A stretch of 64,000 nucleotides of DNA from Selaginella moellendorffii (Eukaryota; Plantae; Lycopodiophyta): assembly GCF_000143415.4 (NCBI RefSeq), contig NW_003314318.1:682001-746000 (forward strand), read 5' to 3'. The notes under the pieces were generated by a model, which saw only the letters and a list, made by a program, of their open reading frames with translations, was not told the origin of the DNA and searched no databases. Shown one piece after another: positions 51,262-61,800 of this stretch; position 1 is the stretch's first letter, and each line of letters opens with the position of its first letter. The position numbers and the translations under genes are program-made.

Positions 51262-52409
51262 TGTAAGGAACCAACTCGCCGAGGTGTCGTAGGCTAAGGG
51301 AACCCCGAAAGCATGACCAAAATGACAAAGAGTTCATCGGATGGGACCAAGTCAAAGATCGAGTCCAAGACCGACTCTAGGACCGAGTTCGAGATCGAGT
51401 CCGGAATCGAGTCCGAGACCGACTCGGGGACCGAGTTCGAGTCCGAGTTCGAGACCGAGTTCGAGACGGAGTCCGAGATCCGAAATCGGGTCCGAGACCG
51501 AGTCCGAAGTCGAGTCCGAGGTCGGGCCCGAGATCGGGTCCGAGATCGAGTCCGCGATCGAGTCCGAGACCGAATCCGAAGTCGGATCCGAAATCGGATC
51601 CAAGATCGAGCCAGAGACTAAGTCCAAATACTAATACGGGTCAAGGGGTGAAAGCCCAAAGCGTGCGTCCCCCAGGGGGGGGGGGCTGCAGGGGGTTCCA
51701 AAAGTATAGTAGGGATAGTGAGGTCCAGGAACCAGTTTTGAAGGGACTCTCCAGTTGGGCTTCCAAACCGACTTGAGGTTGGGACTGGGACTAAGGGGCC
51801 TTGGGTGGGAGTGAGCATGGACTTGGCTGGTGCCGGAGGGGCCATCCAAGGAAGTGCTCAAGAGCAGCTCCCACTCCCGAAAGGGAAACCGATTGCGGTG
51901 CTCCCGGCTCATGTGGAGTGGTGCCCCACTTGAGTACCATGCGGCTCATTGGTCCTCGCCCTTCCAAGGGGCTTGGGCCTTCCTTCGGGATGGAAGTGGG
52001 GAGCGAGAGGTACCCATACCGGGCCGCTAGGCCACGGTGTTTCGCCCCGGCGTCCCGAAGCAAGTGTTGCACTCAAGACTTGGGATTTAGAGGGTCCCAT
52101 GATCAAGTCTTGTGGTACCAGAGGATGTTAGGAACCTGGAAGCTTGGTGTGCTTGGCTGCTTGTGCTTGCGGGGAGTGTAGCCGAACCTTAAGTCCAGTC
52201 TAACCCGGGGAGGGGGATTGGGAGTGATTTGGGAATCCGTGGATGGATGGCTAACACTCCGTTGCTCGTGCAGTGAGTAGCTGAGACCAAGTAGGAGCTG
52301 GTACCATAGGCGAGAACCTTGGCAAGGGAACTTAGCAAAAGCCAAGGCGGTGTTGGACGGATAGGCGAGGTAAGCTGGCAAATTGGAAAGGAAAAATTTG
52401 TGGCTTACA
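51262..52409 (+). repeat. 5' LTR, family A
   Basis: TGTAAGGAAC...GGCTTACA; direct repeat of 57647-58794. Confidence 0.95.
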
Positions 52410-52412
52410 ATT

Positions 52413-52425
52413 TGGTATCGGAGCC
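52413..52425 (+). promoter_or_regulatory. Primer-binding site (tRNA-iMet type)
   Basis: tggtatcggagcc versus canonical TGGTATCAGAGCC, 3 nt after the LTR. Confidence 0.85.
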
Positions 52426-52468
52426 TTTTCCTCAGTTCTAGCGAAGGATAGAGGCGGATTGCTGGGAG

Positions 52469-55400
52469 ATGGCAAGGGCAGGGCGTAAGCGAACCCAGGC
52501 GGAGACGGAACCTCCGCCAGAGCTGGAGCCTCCGGTCGAACAAGAGGCTATGGATGAGGAATCCTTGCATGAGGAGGACTCCAGTGAGGAAACCTCCAAA
52601 CAGGAGTCCGGTGGCGAGGTTCGGTCGTCCAAGGCTCGATTGGACGTGCTAGAAGGACAGTTGGCACAGACCAATGCCCTGCTGGAAACTCTCGTACGCA
52701 AGCTAAAGCGTGACGAGAGGCGGAAGAAAAAGAAAAAGACTGCGGATGCTGGCAGCGCAGAAGGTGCGGATCTTTCGGCCGGGACTGAGGCAAAACCAGA
52801 CAAGGTCGAACAGACCGAAGTGGAATCAGTCCCTCAGGCAGTTCCCAAGTACAAACCAAAGCCCCCACCGGTCTTCAAGGGAGTGAATGACTATAAGGTG
52901 GTGGAGGATTGGTTTTACGATATGGAGGACTACTTCCGAGCGTTGCGGTTACCAAGCTCGGAGAAGGTCCCATGTGCAAAACCATACTTGGCAGATAATG
53001 CCAAGTCTTGGTGGAGAACAACGGAGGCCAACGAAGGACCGGTGGTCACTTGGGACATGATGAAGGCGAGGATCCGCGCAACATATGTTCCTCCGAATGC
53101 CACTCTGCATCTGAGGGCTGAACTGAGTAGGCTGAAACAGACAGGAACCATCCAGGAATATGTGAATGGGTTCATGGCAAAGAGGATACTTGTCACGGAC
53201 ATGGGGGATATGGATGCGTTCCATGCCTTCATATCAGGTTTGCAAACCTGGGCTCGCGGCGAAGTGATGAGGTGGAACCCGACCAACTACAAGGAAGCGT
53301 TGGATGCGGCCATCAAGGTGCATTTCAACGATAACCTGCGAAAGGGGAACACGACGGGGTCGGGATCCACATTTAGCAAAGGGGCCAAACCAAGGGGAAC
53401 GTATAGCAAGGGGAAATTCAAAAGGAGTTTCTCTAAGAATGAGTCCTCGGGGTTCCGGAAAGGCAAATCCGGTGGCCAGCGAGCGAGTACGTGGGGGAGT
53501 CAAGCGAAAAAGGACAAACCCACGGATAAGAAGGTCAAGTCGTATAGCAGCGTGGGAAACAACGTATGCTACAACTGCGGCGAAGCGGGACACTTCTCGA
53601 GGGAATGTCCCTACCCGAAGAAGGCCAGAGCCAATATGGCCATCAAGTCGGGTGAAGTCCAAACTGAGGTATGTGATCCAGTCCCTAACTCAAAGTTACT
53701 CATTACACGAGCAACTTTGGTAGAGAGTCGTTCGCGACATCTACTAGCCCTCCGAGGGAAGCTCGGAGGTAGCTTTGTTAAGATCCTTATTGACACGGGT
53801 GCTTCGGATAATTTTGTGGCTGCAGACATAGTCCGGCAAGCCGGACTAACGGTGCAGCGGCTAGGCGAACCAAGGACTATAGAGTTTGTTCAAGGTAGCC
53901 AAAGCACCGATGAGGTACTTCGACAAGCGAGAGTCGAAGTGGGGACATGGAAAGTGGACATGGATTTCACCGTCTTGGACATGGCGGGATTTGACGTGAT
54001 CTTCGGAATGGATTGGTTTAATCGGTTCGTGGTAGCCCTGCATGGACAAGGTAGGAACCTTGTGGTATTGGCGAATGCCCAAGGAAGAAGATCTAGGGTG
54101 GAGGCCCAGGATCTAAAGGTAGGGCAAAGCAAGGCCAAAGAGTCATGCTTAAACCTGGTGTCCACGAGAGGACAACTCACTAAAGGAACTAAGGCAGCCT
54201 TTTTGTGCTTACTCTCGGTGAAGAGTGACAAAAAGACAAGAACGGAAGAAGTACCTTTAGTGATCCAGCAGGTGCTGGACCAATTCCAGGATACGATGCC
54301 GGAGGAGCTACCGGCGGGATTGCCCCCCGCACGACCGATAGAACATAAGATTGAGCTGGTCGAGGGTGCTGAGGCGGTGGTTCGTCCACCCTATCGATTG
54401 AACGAAAAAGAACTCAAGGAGCTCAAGAGCCAACTAGAGGAGTTGGTGGACAAAGGGTATGTTAGGTTGAGCAAGTCGCCGTATGGGGCGCCGGTGCTAT
54501 TTGTGAAAAAGAAAGATGGATCTATGCGCATGTGCATAGACTACCGGTTGCTCAACAAGTATACCAAGAAGAACAAGTACCCTTTGCCAAGGATCGAGGA
54601 CCTGTTCGATAGGTTGGGAAAGGCAAAATACTTCTCGAGGATTGACCTAAGGTCAGGATACTACCAGATCAGGGTAGCTGAGGAAGATGTCGAGAAGACA
54701 ACCTGTCGAACGAGGTATGGGAGCTTTGAGTTTTTGGTGATGCCCTTTGGGCTGTGCAATGCGCCGGCAACGTTTTCGGCGTTGATGAACCACATCTTTG
54801 TACCCTATCTGGATCGCTTCGTGGTCGTCTATATTGACGACATCCTGATCTATAGCGAGACGCTAGAGGAGCATGCCGAACACTTGGCGAAGGTGTTTGA
54901 GAAACTAAGGGAACACAAACTGTATGCTAAAGAGAGCAAATGTGACTTTGCTCAACAAGAGGTAAAGTTTCTCGGGCATGTGGTGGGCCAGGACGGGCTC
55001 AAGGTAGACCCGGAGAAGGTCCAAGCGATCCAGGAATGGGAACGACCATCGAATGTACATGAGTTGAGGGCGTTCCTGGGGCTATGCAACTACTATCGAA
55101 AGTTTATCAGACACTATTCGAGAGTAGCCCTGCCCTTAACGGACCAAACAGGAAAAGGGAAGATGGTATGGACAGCGGAATGCGAGGCGGCATTCGTCCA
55201 CCTCAAAGGGAAGTTGAGGAAGGCTCCGGTGTTGGCATTACCAGACTTTGGTAAGGACTTTGAGGTAGACACGGACGCTTCGGACTTTGCGTTGGGCGCA
55301 GTTTTGAAGCAAGACAACCATCCAGTAGCGTTCTTCTCGAAGAAACTGGACAAGGCTCAACGGAAGTGGCCTGCCCACGAGAAGGAATTGTTTGCGGTGG

Positions 55401-57241
55401 TCAAGGCGCTCAAGGAGTGGCGACACTACCTTGGGAGACACTTCAAGGTTTACACGGACAATGTGGCAACGAAACACTTCTTGTCACAGCCCGACCTAAG
55501 GGGAAAACAAGGTCGGTGGGCCAATGCTTTGGCCGAGTTTGATTGCGAGATCCTGTACAAGCCTGGGAAGAGCAACATCGTGGCAGATGCGCTCAGTCGA
55601 AAAGCGAGCTTGAAGTTGGCGATATCTAGCGCGACAGCAACCTTTTGGGACGATGTGCGGACCGCATACGAGAGTGATGGTCTAGCACAAGAAGTGTTGC
55701 TGAGGAATCTGGAGGCGCGGGAAGCTCACCAGAGAGGTGAGCTGCCAACGGAAGAAAAAACGGGCTATGCGGAACGCAACGGACTCATTTATTACAAGCA
55801 AACGAGGGTATATGTTCCAGAAGGGGGACTAAGGAAGGTAGCCTTAGAAGAGTGTCATGACGGACCTCTTGCGGGACACGGCGGAGTGCCCAAGACAATG
55901 GGCTTACTCAAGAGGAAGTACCATTGGCCAGATATGGCTAAGGACGTCCAGGACTATGTAAAGACATGTCCAACATGTCAGCAAGTCAAAGCCGTGACTA
56001 AGGCTAGTGGGGGCTTGTTGCAAAGCATCCCAATTCCAGATCGTCCGTGGAAATGTCTTACGATGGACTTCATCACGGGACTACCCCCAAGCGAGGGGTT
56101 CGATGCGATATTCGTGGTGGTGGATCGATTTTCGAAGATGGCACATTTCATACCCACCACAACGGAAGTGGATGCGGAAGGTGTGGCGAAACTGTTCTTC
56201 GAACAAGTGGTTCGAGTGCGGGGAAGGCCAGAGGAGATTATCTCAGACCGAGATAAGATCTTCGCTAGTAGGTTCTGGAGGACCCTCCTGGAACAGTATC
56301 GCACCAAGTTGAAATTCAGCACAGCCTATCACCCACAGACAGGTATGGGGTATTAAGTCAAGTTTGGTGGTCCTAACACTTCTTGACAGACGGACAAACG
56401 GAAAGGGTGAATAGGCAGCTGGAGGATTATTTGCGATGCTATGTCTCGGGAGACCAGACCGATTGGGTAAGTCATTTGGGACTTGCGGAAATGTGTTATA
56501 ACAACTCACCACATTCGAGTATCGGGGTGAGTCCATGGGAAGTCATCAATGGGCGAGCTATTGAAGGTCCTGTGGAACTCGGCGTGGCCGAGTATCATGG
56601 AGAGTTACCCGCAGTGGAGGCATTCACGGCGGAAAGACTCAACATTTGGAATCTAGTGAGGGATTCCTTGGAACGGGCTCAACAAAGGCAAACCAAGTAC
56701 GCGAACCTAAAGCGCCGGGACGTAGAGTTCCAAGCTGGGGAAAAGGTGTGGCTGAACACCAAGAACCTTAGGCTACCAAGTGGGATCAGCCGAAAGTTGA
56801 CCCAAAGGTAAAAATGCATGTATTCCTGTAAATGAATTGATCTTGAGTTCCTTAAGCAGGTTCGCGGGGCCTTACGAGATTGAGGCACGAATCGGTAAAG
56901 TGGCTTACCGACTCCGACTTCCTCGAGAGATGGGGAAGATGCACCCAGTGTTCCATGTGAACTTACTCAAGCCGTACTTTGAGGATCCGCTTCGCAAAGA
57001 CCAAGTAAGACCTTTACCTGAGGTTATCCAAGGGGAAGAGGAATACGAAGTCGAGGCCATCCTCAATGCGCGCAAGAGCAAGCGACAAGGACGCGAGGTG
57101 AGAGAGTTCCATGTGAAGTGGAAAGGATTTCCACACTGCGAAGCAACATGGGAACCGGAGGAGAACCTAGCGAACGCGCGAGATCTAGTGGAGGAATTTC
57201 TGCATGGCAGAACTCTATGTACTTATGCAAAGTTCAATTAA
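52469..57241 (+). CDS. Gag-Pol polyprotein (Gag, CCHC, PR, RT, RNase H, IN, chromodomain); 1557 aa after removing introns 56343-56389 and 56808-56859
   Basis: [34 protein letters not shown] zinc finger, [42 protein letters not shown]. Splicing restores YHPQTDGQTE and KLTQRFAGPY exactly. Confidence 0.9.
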
Positions 57242-57632
57242 AAATATCAATTTGCAAAGTTGAGCAAGTGGCATATGTTGGGACCCGAAGGCGCGCCAAA
57301 GGTGAGCTAATTAGCATGGGTTAGCTAGGTCGACCAGGCGTAGGGAGCTACGCCCGACTCCCTGCGGGGATGTCGAAACCGTAGACGTATTCTACGGAGG
57401 TTGGGTTCGAGTCCCAACCCCCTAGTAAAGCAAGGCTGGGTTCAAGTCCCGACCCCATACTAGGGCGTGGTGAGGGGTGGAGTATAGGGACACCTATATT
57501 CCGTTGTCATGAGCTCTTGGCCGGGGAGGCTAACTTAGGCACACCGCTAAGTGGGGGGATGCCCCCGGAGACATGGTCAACAAGTCGTAGGATAAAAAAA
57601 GAGACGTTCGATGTGGGCATCGAACTTCTTCT

Positions 57633-57646
57633 ATGGGTGGTGGAGT
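57633..57646 (+). promoter_or_regulatory. Polypurine-tract equivalent
   Basis: atgggtggtggagt immediately precedes the 3' LTR; identical in family B copy 1. Confidence 0.75.
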
Positions 57647-58794
57647 TGTAAGGAACCAACTCGCCGAGGTGTCGTAGGCTAAGGGAACCCCGAAAGCATG
57701 ACCAAAATGACAAAGAGTTCATCGGATGGGACCAAGTCAAAGATCGAGTCCAAGACCGACTCTAGGACCGAGTTCGAGATCGAGTCCGGAATCGAGTCCG
57801 AGACCGACTCGGGGACCGAGTTCGAGTCCGAGTTCGAGACCGAGTTCGAGACGGAGTCCGAGATCCGAAATCGGGTCCGAGACCGAGTCCGAAGTCGAGT
57901 CCGAGGTCGGGCCCGAGATCGGGTCCGAGATCGAGTCCGCGATCGAGTCCGAGACCGAATCCGAAGTCGGATCCGAAATCGGATCCAAGATCGAGCCAGA
58001 GACTAAGTCCAAATACTAATACGGGTCAAGGGGTGAAAGCCCAAAGCGTGCGTCCCCCAGGGGGGGGGGGCTGCAGGGGGTTCCAAAAGTATAGTAGGGA
58101 TAGTGAGGTCCAGGAATCAGTTTTGAAGGGACTCTCCAGTTGGGCTTCCAAACCGACTTGAGGTTGGGACTGGGACTAAGGGGCCTTGGGTGGGAGTGAG
58201 CATGGACTTGGCTGGTGCCGGAGGGGCCATCCAAGGAAGTGCTCAAGAGCAGCTCCCACTCCCGAAAGGGAAACCGATTGCGGTGCTCCCGGCTCATGTG
58301 GAGTGGTGCCCCACTTGAGTACCATGCGGCTCATTGGTCCTCGCCCTGCCTAGGGGCTTGGGCCTTCCTTCGGGATGGAAGTGGGGAGCGAGAGGTACCC
58401 ATACCGGGCCGCTAGGCCACGGTGTTTCGCCCCGGCGTCCCGAAGCAAGTGTTGCACTCAAGACTTGGGATTTAGAGGGTCCCATGATCAAGTCTTGTGG
58501 TACCAAAAGATGTTAGGAACCTGGAAGCTTGGTGTGCTTGGCTGCTTGTGCTTGCGGGGAGTGTAGCCGAACCTTAAGTCCAGTCTAACCCGGGGAGGGG
58601 GATTGGGAGTGATTTGGGAATCCGTGGATGGATGGCTAACACTCCGTTGCTCGTGCAGTGAGTAGCTGAGACCAAGTAGGAGCTGGTACCATAGGCGAGA
58701 ACCTTGGCAAGGGAACTTAGCAAAAGCCAAGGCGGTGTTGGACGGATAGGCGAGGTAAGCTGGCAAATTGGAAAGGAAAAATTTGTGGCTTACA
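57647..58794 (+). repeat. 3' LTR, family A
   Basis: Direct repeat of 51262-52409. Confidence 0.95.
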
Positions 58795-58819
58795 GGATCC
58801 ATCTCAGACTCCATCTCGG

Positions 58820-61800
58820 TGTAAGCAACTAATTTTTCCATTCTACTTTAGTCACTTAACCTCACCTCCGACCACTTGGAGGAGTCTCATTCACAACCTC
58901 CATAAGTCCCATTCCGGACTTGGGGCTTACTAGCCCTAAAAATGGCATCCATGCCCATTTACCTTGGTCACACTGGTGGTTCAACACCACTTGCATCGCA
59001 ATCCCGTCTCTCAAAGACTAGGCCATCCATCTATGAGTGATCATCCCAGATCCACTCTTTAGCATCTTTAGGATGCCCATAGACATAGGGGTTAGCCTTC
59101 CCCAATATCTCTTTTTCCAATCCCCACCATGTCCCTTTCTGTCCATGGCCACGTTCACCAACACTGCCATTGGATCAAGGTCCGCAGGCCCGACCTCTAA
59201 GTCCCATTGTCCTTTGGGACTTCCTCACCATGTGACTGTATCCTCGGTCACTGCACTAGAGGATTGTTCCTCTTCCTTATCACTGTCTGGGACTTTAGGA
59301 CAACATTTTGGAACATTGTGGCCCTACATAGGCCTCATGGGTACTCTCCCCGCCTTCCGCCTTTAGGTGATTTAGCCATGGGCTTAGAGCGAGGTTCCAT
59401 TGAGCCACACTAGGTATCCAAGTAGGTAGTGCCACCCACACTTGGACTGGGAGCATCGGCTAGTCAATCTCCCGGGGGAACTAGAGCCGGCTCTTGAACA
59501 CTTCACTAAGCTACCCTGCTTGTTGGTCCGTGTTCACTCTAGTCTTGGACTTCCCAGTGGGCAGCTCATCACCCAACACTGGGTACAGCCTTCCTAGGCC
59601 AAATTGGCCTTTCCTAGCCAAACTGGCTCCACTTTAGTCCTCCCCCTCACTATACTTTTGGAGCTCACCAAACCCCCCAGGGTCTGGGAGACGAACACTT
59701 TGGGTTTTCACCCTTTCAGACTCGAACTCGGACTCGGACTTGGACTCGGACTTGGACTTGGACTCAGGCTCGAGCTCAGACTCGGCCTCGGCCTCGGCCT
59801 CGGTCTCGGTCCCAATCTCGGTCTCGGTCCCGGTCTCGGTCTCGACCTTGGACTCCATCTCGGATCCTTCTCGGACTCCATCTCGAATTCCATCTCGGGT
59901 CCATCTCGGACTCCATCTCGGGTCCATCTCGGACTCCATCTCGGGTCCATCTCGGACTTCATCTCGGGTCCAACTCGGACTCCATCTCGGTCCATCTCAG
60001 ACTCCATCTCGGGTCCATCTCGGACTCCATCTCGGACTCCATCTTGGGTCCATCTCGGACTTCATCTCGGGTCCAACTCGGACTCCATCTCGGTCCATCT
60101 CGGACTCCATCTCGGAGTCCATCTTGGTCCATCTCAGACTCCATCTTGGACTCCATCTCGGGTCCCTCTCGAGTCCATCTCGGACTCCATCTCAGACTCC
60201 ATCTCGGTCCATCTCAGACTCCATCTCGGGTCCTTCTCGGGTCCATCTCGGACTCCTCCACGTGTCATGTGTTGGTCCTCTTGTGTCCCTTTTCTAGAGA
60301 CTCACTTATTGCATGCTCCGTGCTTGTTCCTTGAGCACTTCGTTGGGAGTTCCACTCCCGCTCTCGACCTTTCAAGTTGAAGCTTTTAGTCCAAATGTGT
60401 TACACTCGTTTGGCTTTCACTTCCGCTACTACCATGTGGCACCCTTCCGGCTCCACTTTGGGGCCTAGGGATTTTGTGTCTCACAACTCCACCACCTATA
60501 GACGAAGTTCGATGTCCTCATCAAACGATAAACTATTTCATAAAGTAATACCAACATGTATTACCCTTTCCATTCATGGCACCTCGCCAATATTCATTAA
60601 TTGTTTCACACCGAAGGCTCACCATGCCTTGTTCACCCTCTAAGGAGCATAATCTCTCCAACTTAAAAACTCATTTGACCACTTGTGGTGGTTCTTTCCT
60701 TTTATTTGTTTAGTTCTTGCTAAACCTGTTAGAGAAACCTTCTCTAACTCAATCCCACTACTCATTCTCAAGTAGTCTCACTTTCCATCGATATAACCCT
60801 TGCACTTTGGAACTTTTAATTCTGACTTCTTGAAATCAATTTCTTGGGTGTCTCCGACATCTTGCATTGCACATATTGTGCAACTCCACTTCCCCATCCT
60901 AGGAAGTTCTCTACTTGAGGGCACTATCATCCTCTCTTCGATTTCGTGCCACATTTGGCACTAAGTTCCAGTTACCATAATTTGTGCTAGGGCTGTCCAC
61001 GGCTCTATCATTTGGCTACCTTACTGCTCGCACCCTTGGAGCTTCCACTTTCGCCAAATCGGAGCAATTGGGAACCCATCTTTGGAAACATATTGTCTTT
61101 CCCACAATTCGTTAGCACCCAACACATTAGTGTTCTTGGCCTAACTTTGCCATTTAGATTTTTTTCCATGATTCCCATGGTTATTTACTTAGCCACTAGT
61201 CTTTTGCTCCTATCCTTGATTGCTGCACCTAGCAACATAAGATCGTTACCTCCATTCTCGAGGTATCCTTTTGGTTCCATAGCAAAGATTTTGCTTTGCC
61301 AAGTTCAGAGGGTGTTCACCCTTAGTACGTCTCTTTAACATTTTCTGCTATGGGCTCTATCCAGGGCCAAACTTTATGACCCTCCCATGGGTATCTTATA
61401 CAAACTACTTCCTTTGGACTCACTATGCCATCACTTTGACACCACTCATTTCCCTTAGGTGTTCTTCCCACTTGGTCACCTTGACCAAGCCACACCATCC
61501 TCATTAGTTCAAACCAACACTTTGAACTAGGAACTTTATTCCTTAACCTCACAAGGACCTTGTCCTTGTTTTAGCCATAAGATCACCTAGTGATCTAACC
61601 TTTGCACCTTAACAAATTTGCCAATAGGTACCAAGTCTTCTAAACCTTTAAGTTTTTCACTATGACCCCGGGGGCATCCCCCACATTTGGCAGTGCACCC
61701 AAGCCAGCCCATCCGGCCAAGGGTCCATAGCAACTGAGACTAGGTGTCCCCATCTCATTCACCACGTCCTTGGTCCCCTTTGCACCAAAGTGTTCAAGTT

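Larger units (their letters stand above)
51262..58794 (+). mobile_element. Intact young Ty3/Gypsy chromovirus (family A)
   Basis: TG...CA LTRs of 1148 bp with about 5 differences by eye; GGATC TSD (51257-51261, 58795-58799); PBS, PPT and full gag-pol with chromodomain. Confidence 0.97.

Noticed and set aside
56343-56859. Integrase breaks as decay or programmed frameshifts
   Set aside because: They are 47- and 52-nt insertions with GT-AG ends, shared by two independent copies, in an otherwise mutation-free young element.
57399-57454. tRNA gene or SINE
   Set aside because: Only T-arm-like hairpins; no A-box, D-arm, anticodon arm or acceptor stem is evident.
59720-60260. Regular short-repeat arrays (also at 7597-7850, 25010-25420, 51350-51620) as CRISPR or repeat-protein genes
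   Set aside because: No unique spacers and no cas genes. They are internal LTR minisatellites, and the SDSI/LGLH/SRTP ORFs are artefacts of 6/12-bp periodicity.
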